From NCBI GenBank assembly GCA_964555035.1, contig CAZKRK010000003.1, forward strand, positions 1,133 through 65,132: a stretch of 64,000 nucleotides of DNA. The letters are read 5' to 3'. Of the stretch, positions 27,127-36,449 are shown one piece after another. Source of the stretch: an uncultured Victivallales bacterium. GTDB taxonomy: Bacteria; Verrucomicrobiota; Kiritimatiellia; UBA8416; CAYOBW01. The notes beneath the pieces were generated by a model. That model did not search any database. It was not told the origin of the DNA and saw only the letters and a program-made list of their open reading frames with translations. Made by a program: the position numbers and the translations under genes. How positions within the stretch are numbered: the first letter of the stretch is position 1; every line of letters begins with the position of its first letter.

Positions 27127-30100
27127 ATGAGATGCTCATTCCCCTCTCGACTTTGCTCGGCGCTGTTGACAGCCGCCGTCATACTGCCGTCGCTCTTGGC
27201 GCTGCCCACCGTCGGCGCTCCTGCCAAGAACGCTGAGCCTCCCCTCAACGCAGACCTGCCGCCTACGGTCATCCGGTTCGAGTGGCTGCGACACGAGCAT
27301 CAGAAGCCAAACGAGAAATCACCCCGCGCCAGGACCAGCCAGACCAATCCGTTCCGAAACAACTTCGAATCGTTGCGCCTGGCGATAGAAGACCTGACAG
27401 ACACGTTCGCCGGCAAATACCCGAACGGAAAGAAGTACCTCGCCCGGCTGGACAGAATAGAGCATGCGGTGAAAGAGACGGAGGCGCCGCTCAAACCGCT
27501 GGCCGACGAGTTTGACAGGCTATTCAAAGAGGCGTTGCTGGCCAACCCGCTGATCGACTTCGACAAGCTCCTCTTCGTGGACTCACATCACCCGATGACG
27601 CCGCGCAACTGGCTCAGTCTGGACAGCATTGGCGGCACGACACGTGAGGGGGGTGTTGCCTTGAAGGTACTCTCGCCGGTCTCGCCGGACGGGGAAGTGA
27701 CGACGGTCTTCGTGCCGCCGGAAAGACGCAACCTGATCGCGATCGACTTGCACTGGGACGCGAAGAAACTGCTCTACACGGCAACGGGTCTTACCGGACG
27801 CGGAATGCAGCTTTTCGAAGTGGACCTGCCGCCGAAAGTGGACCCTGACGCCGGCGGACCGATCGTCCGCGAAATCGAGACCATTACGTACCAGGACGTG
27901 AGCAACTACGACGCCTGCTACTGTCCGGATGAGTCGATCGTATTCGTCAGTACGGCAACGATGAACGGCGTGCCTTGCATTCGCGGCGGTTCCCCGATCG
28001 GCAACCTCTACCGGAGGAAGCCGGACGGCACGATCGAACGGCTGACGAACGACCAGGACCACGACTGGCATCCGACGATGCTGCCCAACGGTCGCGTGAT
28101 GTACCTCCGCTGGGACTACACCGACACGCCTCACGCCTTCAACCGGGTGATGTTCTCGATGAACCCGGACGGCACGGGACAGGCGGCGATGTACGGCAGC
28201 AACTCGTACTGGCCCAACTGCATGTTCTACCCGAAACCCGTTCCCGGCAGCCCGACGAAGTTCGTCGCGTCAATCGTCGGCCATCACTCCGGAACGGTCG
28301 GCGGCATGTTCCTGTTCGACACGGCCAAAGGCCGTTTCGAAGCGGACGGCGTGGTGCAGCAGGTCCCCGGCTACGGGAAGGACGTCTTCCCGCGCATCGC
28401 CGACGGCCTGGGCTACCGTGACCCGAAGGTCACGTCGACTCACCCTCTTTCCGAGAAGTACTTCCTTGCCGCCTGCTGGCCCGGCAACGGCTGGCATGGG
28501 AAGAAGCAGGGCATTTTTCTGATGGACGTATTCGACAACGGGCTCGAACTCTGCAGCATCGAGGGGCGCAGCCTGCTGGAGCCCACACCGTGGAAGACGC
28601 GCAAGCGCCCGCCGGTCATCCCCGACAAGACCGATCGGACGGCAACCACCGGCACGGTGACGCTCAACAACGTGTATTACGGCGAAGGCACGAAGGGCGT
28701 ACCCGGGGGAACCATCAAGAGTCTGCGGGTCTACTCCTACAACTACGCCATGCGCCGGATGGGGGGACAGTCCGACCGCGTGGGCATGGACGGGCCCTGG
28801 GATGTTCGCGTGATTCTCGGCACGGTTCCCGTCGAGGCTGACGGCAGCGCCAGCTTCACGGTTCCGGCCATGACACCCATCGCCGTTCAGCCACTCGACG
28901 CGGAAGGCAAGGCGGTCCAGTTGATGCGAAGCTGGTTCACCTGCCGTCCGGGCGAGGTGCTTTCGTGCGTGGGCTGTCACGAGAACGCGAACGCAACGCC
29001 GGAACTGCAGGCGGCCAAGGCGGCCCTGCGCAAACCGTCGGCGATCGCCCCCTGGTACGGACCGGCGCGCGGGTTCAGTTTCAATCGTGAGGTGCAGCCG
29101 GTGCTCGACGCGTACTGTATCGGTTGCCACCACGGCGAGACCGATCGCACGTGCGCGGATGGGCACAAGATCGCCGACCTGACCCTGAAACCTGACATGG
29201 TCGTGTACGGGCGGGGCGCCTACCGGAAGATGGAGCAGCGCAGGATCCACCTGGACAAGAAGAACAAGACGCAGACACCGAAGGTGGTTGAGAAGAGTCT
29301 CCTGGAACAGATCGGCGAACCTGTTCTGTATAGCGACGTGTTCGCGGAGTCAAAGGGCAAGACGTACGGTGGCATGCATTTCCCCCCTGCTTACCTCCAC
29401 CTTTTCCGCTTCGCCAGAAGCGCTACACTGGAAAGTGACCTGCACCTGCTGACACCGTACGACTACCACGCCGACCAGACCAAACTCGTGCAGATGCTCA
29501 AGAAGGGACACCACGGCGTTCGACTGGACCGGGAAGCCTGGGACAGGATCATTACCTGGATTGACCTGAACACGCCGGCACACGGAAGCTGGCAGGAGAT
29601 CACGAATCCCCAGTTCCCGCGGGACTATGGAAAGAAGCGGGCCGAACTGATGGCGAAGTACGGGGGCATCGGCTTTGATCCGGAAACCGCCGTGGACCTG
29701 GCGAATGCCGGCGCCACGATCCCGAAGATCGACGCGATCATGCCCGGCAAAGTCTCCCGCCCCGCCGCCATCCGTGACAAGTATCCGGCCGGGGCGGACG
29801 AGAAGTCCCTCGTTGAAGCGAAGGATCCCGAGTCGGGCAAACTACGGGAGATGACGGTTGATCTCTCGAACGAGAAAGCGGTTCTGGAGGAGAAGTACGC
29901 GAAGATAAAGGACCCACGCAAGCGGCCCAGGGTAACGCCTGAGACGCTCAAGATGGCGTTCGCGCGCATTCCGGCCGGATCGTACGTAACCGGCAACGCA
30001 GACGGCAGCGAAGATGAGATGCACGAGCAGAGAGTCACAGTAGACGAGCCATTCTGGATCGCCACGCGGGAGACGGCGAATGAGTTGTTCAACCTGTTTG

Positions 30101-30699
30101 ACCCGACGCACGACAGTCGTCTGGACAGCAACGAACGACTGCATTTCGGGGACGGGATTGTACGAGGATTCCCCCTCAACCAACCTCTGCAACCTGTGGT
30201 CCGCGTCACGCAGCGGCAAGCCCTGGCCTTTTGCGACTGGCTCTCAGAGAAGACCGGCAAGACGTGTACGCTCCCGACGGAAGAACAGTGGGAGTGGGCG
30301 GCCCTGTTTGGAGGCTGCGACGAGAACGGCTACGCTGACACGGATTTCAGCAAGGTCGCCAACCTGGCGGACAAGTCGTACCTACTCAAGCATGCCAGCG
30401 GCGAGATGCCGATGTGGCGTCCCTGCATGCTTGGCTCAGATGACGGCACAAGAGTATCGGCCAAAGTTGGAACCTATGCGGCAAACGAGGTGGGGGTTCA
30501 TGATCTGATCGGCAACGTGGCGGAGTGGACGGTGACGCCCTGGCATCCGCCCAGGGGAATCGGCGGCCTGCCCCGCGTAGTCGCGAAAGGCGGCGCCTGG
30601 CGCGACCGCCCCAAGACAGCAACACCGTTTTCGAAGATGCCGGCGCGCCCGGAGCTGAAGTTCGTGGACGTCGGATTCCGGGTGATTATCGAGGATTGA
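27127..30699 (+). CDS. Secreted 1190-aa fusion: beta-propeller-like N-terminal region, two CxxCH motifs, C-terminal FGE-sulfatase (SUMF1-type) domain
   Basis: ATG 27127 with GGAGG 5 nt upstream. Signal peptide MRCSFPSRLCSALLTAAVILPSLLALPTVGA. CVGCH at 28966-28980 and CIGCH at 29116-29130. The C-terminus FARIPAGSYVTGNADG...HEQRVTVDEPFWIATRETANELF...GVHDLIGNVAEW...GGAWRD is SUMF1/FGE-like. Confidence 0.7.
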   Translation: MRCSFPSRLCSALLTAAVILPSLLALPTVGAPAKNAEPPLNADLPPTVIRFEWLRHEHQKPNEKSPRARTSQTNPFRNNFESLRLAIEDLTDTFAGKYPNGKKYLARLDRIEHAVKETEAPLKPLADEFDRLFKEALLANPLIDFDKLLFVDSHHPMTPRNWLSLDSIGGTTREGGVALKVLSPVSPDGEVTTVFVPPERRNLIAIDLHWDAKKLLYTATGLTGRGMQLFEVDLPPKVDPDAGGPIVREIETITYQDVSNYDACYCPDESIVFVSTATMNGVPCIRGGSPIGNLYRRKPDGTIERLTNDQDHDWHPTMLPNGRVMYLRWDYTDTPHAFNRVMFSMNPDGTGQAAMYGSNSYWPNCMFYPKPVPGSPTKFVASIVGHHSGTVGGMFLFDTAKGRFEADGVVQQVPGYGKDVFPRIADGLGYRDPKVTSTHPLSEKYFLAACWPGNGWHGKKQGIFLMDVFDNGLELCSIEGRSLLEPTPWKTRKRPPVIPDKTDRTATTGTVTLNNVYYGEGTKGVPGGTIKSLRVYSYNYAMRRMGGQSDRVGMDGPWDVRVILGTVPVEADGSASFTVPAMTPIAVQPLDAEGKAVQLMRSWFTCRPGEVLSCVGCHENANATPELQAAKAALRKPSAIAPWYGPARGFSFNREVQPVLDAYCIGCHHGETDRTCADGHKIADLTLKPDMVVYGRGAYRKMEQRRIHLDKKNKTQTPKVVEKSLLEQIGEPVLYSDVFAESKGKTYGGMHFPPAYLHLFRFARSATLESDLHLLTPYDYHADQTKLVQMLKKGHHGVRLDREAWDRIITWIDLNTPAHGSWQEITNPQFPRDYGKKRAELMAKYGGIGFDPETAVDLANAGATIPKIDAIMPGKVSRPAAIRDKYPAGADEKSLVEAKDPESGKLREMTVDLSNEKAVLEEKYAKIKDPRKRPRVTPETLKMAFARIPAGSYVTGNADGSEDEMHEQRVTVDEPFWIATRETANELFNLFDPTHDSRLDSNERLHFGDGIVRGFPLNQPLQPVVRVTQRQALAFCDWLSEKTGKTCTLPTEEQWEWAALFGGCDENGYADTDFSKVANLADKSYLLKHASGEMPMWRPCMLGSDDGTRVSAKVGTYAANEVGVHDLIGNVAEWTVTPWHPPRGIGGLPRVVAKGGAWRDRPKTATPFSKMPARPELKFVDVGFRVIIED

Positions 30700-30763
30700 A
30701 TGTCAGTGTGTGGGTATGTGAGTGTGTGAGGACAGAAGCAGCGAGGAAAGAAGGAGGAACAGA

Positions 30764-32161
30764 ATGAAGTGCAGGTTTGGATGGATGACGGTTGTAGTGG
30801 CAATGGCGGCGGTTCTGGCGGCATCGGCGGCGGACAAACCGGCTGGTGCGATTGACTTGTTTGACGGCAAAAGCCTCGCGGGGTGGGAGCACTACCTCGT
30901 TAAACCGGACGTCAAAATGGCCGATGTGTGGAGCGTCCGGGACGGGCTGCTCATCTGCAAAGGCAAGCCGATGGGGTACCTTGCCACGAAGAAGGAGTAC
31001 ACCAATTACAAGCTCGTCGTGGAGTGGCGGTGGGCACCCGGCAAGAAGGCCGGTAACAGCGGCGTGTTGATGCGGATTACGGGCGAGCCGAAAGCGTTGC
31101 CGAAGTGCGCCGAGGCACAGCTCAAGAGCGGTAGCGCCGGGGACATCTACGGCTTCCACGGTTTCAAGGTCAAGGGTGACGCCGCCAGGCTGAAATCCGC
31201 CCACGGCGAGATGATCGGGCAACTCTCGGGCGTATCGAAGATCAAGGGCAACGAGAAGGAACCGGGCGAATGGAACCGATACGACATCACGCTCAACGGC
31301 GGGGATCTGACGCTCATCATCAACGGCGAAAAGGTCAACGAGGCGACCGGCTTGGACATCGTGGCCGGGAAGATCGGCTTTCAGTCGGAAGGCGGCGAGA
31401 TTCACTTTCGCACGATCCGGTTGATTCCCCTGGAAGACGCAGTCACATCGCGGGATGACGGAAAGACGCGCGTGCTCTTCGTTTACGGCGGGGCCCATCA
31501 CTCCCCGATAACCCCCTACATCAGAATGCTCGATTCCATGGAAGGGATTGAGTGGACACCGGCCCTGATGCCGCAATCGGCCGGAATGCTCAAACCGGGA
31601 CTGGAGAACGAGTACGACGCGCTGCTCATGGTTCAGATGATGGGGGAACGCTGGGGACAGCCCGAGGCCACCCCGGAGCAGAGAAAGGCATTTGACGCAC
31701 TGCTCAAGAAGGGTATCGGAGTCGTGGCGCTGCACCAGGCCATTGCGACCGAACCGGGATGGGTGGAGTCTCCCATGATCGTGGGCGGCGTCTGGCGTAA
31801 CGAGGAGTATGAGGTCGGCGGAAAGTCCTACCCCAAGTCGGGATGTCTGCACGATACCGACATGAACATCAAGGCCTGCGACCCGAATCATCCCATCGTC
31901 AAGGGGGTGCCGGAATTCGTCATCAACGATGAACTCTATCTCGATATCTACAAGGCCGAGGACAACGTACCGATACTCGTGACCGATCACCCCCAGGCCA
32001 AGGGACGCAAGGAAATCGCGTGGACCCGTACCTACGGGGCGAGCAAAGTTTGCTACTTCCAGCTCGGGCACATCCCCGCGAAGACCTGGGCCCGCCCCGA
32101 CTGCCGCCGCATCGTTCGCCAGGGAATCCTCTGGGCAGCAGGTGACGTGGCGGCAGAGTGA
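30764..32161 (+). CDS. Secreted DUF1080 (3-keto-disaccharide-hydrolase-like) - ThuA fusion protein
   Basis: AAGGAGGAAC RBS before ATG 30764. Signal peptide MKCRFGWMTVVVAMAAVLAASA. DLFDGKSLAGWEH...NSGVLMRI...GEWNRYDI...IGFQSEGGEIHFRTIRLIPL is DUF1080. RVLFVYGGAHH...VALHQA...AWTRTYGASKVCYFQLGH is ThuA-like. Confidence 0.8.
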   Translation: MKCRFGWMTVVVAMAAVLAASAADKPAGAIDLFDGKSLAGWEHYLVKPDVKMADVWSVRDGLLICKGKPMGYLATKKEYTNYKLVVEWRWAPGKKAGNSGVLMRITGEPKALPKCAEAQLKSGSAGDIYGFHGFKVKGDAARLKSAHGEMIGQLSGVSKIKGNEKEPGEWNRYDITLNGGDLTLIINGEKVNEATGLDIVAGKIGFQSEGGEIHFRTIRLIPLEDAVTSRDDGKTRVLFVYGGAHHSPITPYIRMLDSMEGIEWTPALMPQSAGMLKPGLENEYDALLMVQMMGERWGQPEATPEQRKAFDALLKKGIGVVALHQAIATEPGWVESPMIVGGVWRNEEYEVGGKSYPKSGCLHDTDMNIKACDPNHPIVKGVPEFVINDELYLDIYKAEDNVPILVTDHPQAKGRKEIAWTRTYGASKVCYFQLGHIPAKTWARPDCRRIVRQGILWAAGDVAAE

Positions 32162-32342
32162 ATGTAGAGCGATAGCAGACTCGATCCCGCAACGCTCGAA
32201 CGCTTGCGAAGGGAAAAGGCGATGGCGACTTGGATCAACACCCCGGCCGCGACGATTCTCTCACCAGACAACGGCAACTGATGACAGCCGAATGCCTGCT
32301 TGCCGCCGCACATACGACGCAGTATTATCCAGTAGTGAGGTG

Positions 32343-32558
32343 ATGGACATGGGTTGCCACCACGAGACAACCGGAGTGATTGAAAAAGGCGCTGTCAAGT
32401 TGCCGGCGGGAGTTCGGATTGCTGAGGGAACGACCGTGCGAATCGCCTGGGAAGATGCACCTTCCTCACCGAGCATGCCTTACGATCGCCGGCCTCTGAC
32501 GGAAGGGGACGTCCGTGCGGACATCGCGTGGGCGGTCAGGGAGCGTCCGACAACATGA
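32343..32558 (+). CDS. Small antitoxin-like protein (DUF104/AF2212-like)
   Basis: GVIEKGAVKLPAGVRIAEGTTVRI resembles the ENGVLKPLEPVDLPEGTKV DUF104 pattern. The stop overlaps the downstream ATG (ATGA). The start could be ATG 32343 or 32349. Confidence 0.5.
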   Translation: MDMGCHHETTGVIEKGAVKLPAGVRIAEGTTVRIAWEDAPSSPSMPYDRRPLTEGDVRADIAWAVRERPTT

Positions 32559-33040
32559 TCGTTATCGCCGACGCCGGCCCCATTCTGCACCTGTATTGGG
32601 TGAACGCACTGACATGGGCACTGCCACAACAACCAATAGAGGTCGTTGGCGAAGTGTGGGACGAGGTGAACAGGCATGCGCCGGACGCGTTGCTGGATGA
32701 CCGGTTGCGGCGGTGCCACACGGAGGGCCCACCCTACCCCCGCGAGTTGTCGTCGTGGTCACTTGATCCGGGTGAACTCGCGGCCCTGAGCTGCGCGATG
32801 CGTAGCCGGGAGAGAGACGAAGTCCTGGTGCTGTGTGATGAGCATGAGGCGCGAGATGCCTGCGCTCACCTGGACATCCCGGTAACAGGTTCTATCGGCT
32901 TAATCGTGCGTGCCTGCCATGCGGGACATGTGAACACGGAAACGGCCGAAGCAGCCCTCCGCGAGTTGCCACGGCGGGGACGTCTACACGCCACCGACGA
33001 ACTGATTGAGATGGCCGTCGGGATGCTTGCCAACGCGTGA
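32555..33040 (+). CDS. PIN-like (DUF3368-type) putative toxin
   Basis: MIVIADAGPILHL... (Asp near the N-terminus), LDPGELAAL and LCDEHEARDAC place acidic residues as in PIN-like nucleases. ATGA-coupled to the upstream small gene. Confidence 0.55.
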   Translation: MIVIADAGPILHLYWVNALTWALPQQPIEVVGEVWDEVNRHAPDALLDDRLRRCHTEGPPYPRELSSWSLDPGELAALSCAMRSRERDEVLVLCDEHEARDACAHLDIPVTGSIGLIVRACHAGHVNTETAEAALRELPRRGRLHATDELIEMAVGMLANA

Positions 33041-33119
33041 CTCCCGCGGCAAAGCAGACCGCCCGCAGTCGGTATGCCCAGGCCATCTGTCCCGCACCGC
33101 TCTTCACCTTCCTCGTCAC

Positions 33120-36100
33120 TCACCTGATCAAGATGATCAATCCGGGCTTCCCGCTGGCAACGGGTGCGTCGCCGTTGGCCAGGGCGGTGACCTGGCCCGG
33201 GGTCAGGGCGACGTCATAAATGGCGACGTCGTCGATCCTGCCGTCGAAGCCGTCGCCGTAGCTACCGACGAACCTGGCGGCAATCCCGAAGTTGCCGTTC
33301 GCGGCGCCGAAATCAAAGTTTGCCGTGGCGGTCAACTGCTCCACACCGTCGAGGTAGGCCGTCACCCGTCCGCTATCCCACACGAGGGCGAGATGCTGCC
33401 ACGACCCCACACTCAGTGCACCAGCGCTGGTCAAGTGCCCAAACCCAGCGCCGTTCCAAACCCACAGCCCACCAACGCCGGCGGTCTGACCCTCGCCCAC
33501 CGCGCCGGCCTGGGATGCCGCTCCACTGAGAGGACTGAAGATCCGGTCGTCGCCGGTAAGCGTATCGGGGTTGAGCCACATCGACACGGTGACCTCTCCG
33601 CGGCCGCTGGATGAGGTCAAGTTGATGTTGCCACCGTCCACATAGTCGGCCGTGGCGCCCGGGTCGAAATCGAGCGCGGCTGTCGAAGGATCGTTGCCGC
33701 GCGAGGTCAGCTTCGGCTCCAGTCCGGTTGTGATCCACGTCGGAGTATTGACAAGCATGCCCGTACTACCGCCCTCGATCACGTTGACGGCCGTGGTGCC
33801 GCTGCCGTCATCGAACGGCCAGTACTGCACCGGTTCCGGCATTGTGCCAACGGCCGTCACCCCAATCGTGAAGGCGTTGGTGACCCAGAACCCATCGGTC
33901 GCGTTGGTCCCCCTGATCACGATGTCATACGAACCGACGGCGAGCGACGCGGCCGTTACCAGTTTGTTCGTGTTGCTGATGGCAAAGCGGGTCGTGTCGC
34001 CACTCGGATCCAGCGCATACGTGAACCCGGCCTGGGAAGCCGCGTTCGCCATGCTCAGCGTCCCGACCTGTGCACCCACGGCGGCGTTGGCGGTCATGCC
34101 GGTGTTGGACAGGTCGACCGTGATGGGGGGCGCGACCGTGATCTCGAAGTCGTTGGTGACCGAGAAGACACCATTCGACCCCACGATCTTGACCCCGTAC
34201 GGGCCGGCGCCGAGCGCTGCCTTGGTGACGAGATTGCTTGTGCCGCCGGGAATGTCGAAGTACGTGGTGTCGCCGCCGGCATCCAGCGAGTACGCAAAAC
34301 CAGCGGGATTGGTGTTGATCATGCTCAACACCCCAACCTGCGCGCCCACGGGCGCGTTGGAGGCGATGCTGCCGGCCGTGGTGCTGCCGTCCAACGTGAC
34401 GGCAAGGTCGGTGTTGGCGTCAGGCAACACGCCGAAATCGTCCACCGTCGAGGTGACAGGGCCGTCTCCGCCATGGGTGATCTGGTAGTATATCATCGAG
34501 TCCTTGCTCGCGGTGCCATAGGTGTCGGTTGGATTGTCCCCGGTCGTGTACAGTGGGACACCGTCGACCTTGAACACGTAATTGTCGCCGACGCGCTCGA
34601 TGTCGAGCACGTAAGGACCGGTGAACGTTTGGGGAGTGCCCTGGTGAAAGATGAAGTCCAGGCCGAAGTCCCCGTACGAACCTCTCACATCAAACCGAAA
34701 ATCCCCCCCGCCCATTGGCACCACCACAAACGCGTAGCTGTCGCCGGTTCCGGTGATGTAGTTTTGCTGCTGGGCCGCGGTGATCATCAGCCCCGAATAC
34801 CCCCACGTACCGGGCGTCCAGCCGAGCTCCTTGACCGTCATGGTGACGGTATCGGTGGCGGCTCGCGTGACGCCCGTGCGGTACAGGCCCAGAACGGCGC
34901 CACCCCCGCCACCGCCGCCATCCAGATCCAGATCTTGATCAACGTCGTCCCAGGTGGGCGTCGAGTTCTCCGTGCGGAAGTACGAGTACTGCGTCCACTC
35001 GGTCCCGATGTTGGGATCGGTGCTGAAGTCGTCAAAGTCCGAAACCGCCGCGATCGTGAGGCCGTTGGTGACCCAGAAACCGTCGTTTGCATTGGTCGCC
35101 AGGACGACGATGCCATAGGTGCCGGCGGTGAGTGATGCCGCCGTCATCAGTTTGTTTGTGTCGCTGATCGCGAAGTGCGTCGTGTCACCACTCGGGTGCA
35201 GCGAATAGACGAAGCCGGCCTGCGAAGCCGCATTGGCCATGCTCAACGTGCCCACCGTCGTGCCCACGGGCGCCTCATGGAATACGGTGCCGCTGCTCAG
35301 GGAGACGATGACGGGGACCGTGACCGTGATCGTAAAGTCGTTGGTGACCGAAAAGCCTCCTTTTGTCCCTTCGATCTTGAGGTCGTAGGGGCCGACGCCC
35401 AGCGCCGCCTTGGCCACCAGGTTGCTTGTGCCGGCAGGAATGCCGAAGAAATTGGTATCGCCTCCGGAGTTCAGTGCATAGGTGAATCCGGCGGCGTTGG
35501 TATTGACCATGCTCAACACCCCGACCCGCGTACCCACCGGCGCATTGGCGGCAATACTGTCGACGGAGGTGCTGCCGTCCAATATCACGGCGGGGGTGGT
35601 GGTGCCGGGCAGTTCTTCCAGAGTCACGGCGCCGAGCACTGCGAATGTGTCGTTCCCGTTTGGGGAGTCGTCGAGTGCCACCCGAAAGGAGCTGTCGGAG
35701 GCCGTGAAGACGTAGGTGTAGACGAGCCCGAAGTCAGGGTCGGCCTGGTTTGCGCCATTCGCCTCTGCCCCCAGGACCAGCTCGTCGACGGCCAGGCTCA
35801 GCGTATCCGGCGAGGCGGTTTCCACCGAGACGTCAAAGTTGCGGTTCGTTCCTCCCTGGTGAGTCCAGAAGCTCTCCTGGAGAATGAGCTGAAGCTGGTA
35901 CTGGGTGCCGGGGGTGACGGCCAGGTCGAACGTCCAGCTCGTACCGTACCAAACGGTGTTTACGATGGTCTCCAAGGAATCGTCGTCGGCAGTGGCACCG
36001 TAGTCCGCACCGTTCGCGCCGCCCGGATTCGCCGTGGAGTAGTCGAAGTGACTGGACGTCGTGGTGGCGATCCCCGCAGGCGGAGTTCCAACGGGCGCGG

Positions 36101-36320
36101 CAGCGAAGGTCACCCCCTGAACTATCTGGGTTGCCCCCGGTCCCAGGTTGAAGGCGTAGACGATGTTCCCGCTCAGGTCGAGTCCCTCGCCGGCATCGCC
36201 GCCCGTGAACTGAGTGAGCGTGCCCAGGTGGACCGTCGAAGCGAACAAAGGGGTCGCGGCCACGCCGCACACGAGAATCAATTCCGCGGCTAGTGTCATT
36301 GCCGATATGAACTTCTTCAT
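33120..36320 (-). CDS. Secreted 1066-aa surface protein: N-terminal beta-sandwich (malectin/CBM-like), 2+2 cadherin-like repeats around a central ConA-like domain, C-terminal LamG domain
   Basis: Signal peptide MKKFISAMTLAAELILVCGVAATPLFA. Four ~90-aa repeats of type DGSTS.DSIA.NAPVG..VG.LSM.N....GF.Y.L...GDT..F.I......L....L..G.Y...I......F.VTN.F.I.V. C-terminus GEVTVSMWLNPD...WQHLALVWDSGRVTAYLDG...GRIDDVAIYDVALTPGQV is LamG/ConA-like. GGAG RBS. Confidence 0.8.
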   Translation of the reverse strand: MKKFISAMTLAAELILVCGVAATPLFASTVHLGTLTQFTGGDAGEGLDLSGNIVYAFNLGPGATQIVQGVTFAAAPVGTPPAGIATTTSSHFDYSTANPGGANGADYGATADDDSLETIVNTVWYGTSWTFDLAVTPGTQYQLQLILQESFWTHQGGTNRNFDVSVETASPDTLSLAVDELVLGAEANGANQADPDFGLVYTYVFTASDSSFRVALDDSPNGNDTFAVLGAVTLEELPGTTTPAVILDGSTSVDSIAANAPVGTRVGVLSMVNTNAAGFTYALNSGGDTNFFGIPAGTSNLVAKAALGVGPYDLKIEGTKGGFSVTNDFTITVTVPVIVSLSSGTVFHEAPVGTTVGTLSMANAASQAGFVYSLHPSGDTTHFAISDTNKLMTAASLTAGTYGIVVLATNANDGFWVTNGLTIAAVSDFDDFSTDPNIGTEWTQYSYFRTENSTPTWDDVDQDLDLDGGGGGGGAVLGLYRTGVTRAATDTVTMTVKELGWTPGTWGYSGLMITAAQQQNYITGTGDSYAFVVVPMGGGDFRFDVRGSYGDFGLDFIFHQGTPQTFTGPYVLDIERVGDNYVFKVDGVPLYTTGDNPTDTYGTASKDSMIYYQITHGGDGPVTSTVDDFGVLPDANTDLAVTLDGSTTAGSIASNAPVGAQVGVLSMINTNPAGFAYSLDAGGDTTYFDIPGGTSNLVTKAALGAGPYGVKIVGSNGVFSVTNDFEITVAPPITVDLSNTGMTANAAVGAQVGTLSMANAASQAGFTYALDPSGDTTRFAISNTNKLVTAASLAVGSYDIVIRGTNATDGFWVTNAFTIGVTAVGTMPEPVQYWPFDDGSGTTAVNVIEGGSTGMLVNTPTWITTGLEPKLTSRGNDPSTAALDFDPGATADYVDGGNINLTSSSGRGEVTVSMWLNPDTLTGDDRIFSPLSGAASQAGAVGEGQTAGVGGLWVWNGAGFGHLTSAGALSVGSWQHLALVWDSGRVTAYLDGVEQLTATANFDFGAANGNFGIAARFVGSYGDGFDGRIDDVAIYDVALTPGQVTALANGDAPVASGKPGLIILIR

Positions 36321-36412
36321 CTTCGCATCTCCAAATCAAGTTGGCCTTGCGGCACTCTCGGCTATCATGCAAACAACTATCGGGCAACCGGCAAGCGGGA
36401 TACTACCCACGT

Positions 36413-36442
36413 TTGCGCACAAGTTTTTTCCTGTTTGCGCAC
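36413..36442 (-). promoter_or_regulatory. TTGCGCAC-N14-TTGCGCAC box upstream of the LamG gene 33120..36320
   Basis: ttgcgcacaagttttttcctgtttgcgcac, 93 nt from start 36320. Preceded by gggatactaccc (36397-36408), which reads GGGTAGTATCCC on the coding strand. Confidence 0.6.
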
Positions 36443-36449
36443 AGGGGTT

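Noticed and set aside
30700-30730. GT-rich tract gtcagtgtgtgggtatgtgagtgtgtgagg between the FGE-fusion gene and the DUF1080-ThuA gene
   Set aside because: Low-complexity sequence with no inverted partner and no second copy. It resembles the 16287 palindrome arms only superficially. Probably just spacer.
30686-32071. Long antisense ORFs opposite real genes. Examples: 30686..32071, 40727..42019, 48711..49967, 22011..23252, 61008..62210, 35175..36293, 1554..2633, 45904..46962, 55314..56354, 50175..51185, 14949..15944, 28270..29250, 3571..4539, 47090..48058, 42931..44076, 5334..6047, 617..1384.
   Set aside because: Each lies fully or largely opposite a gene with clear family motifs, a signal peptide and an RBS. 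Their products are Arg/Pro/Gly/His-rich with no recognisable motifs. Long shadow ORFs are expected in GC-rich DNA.
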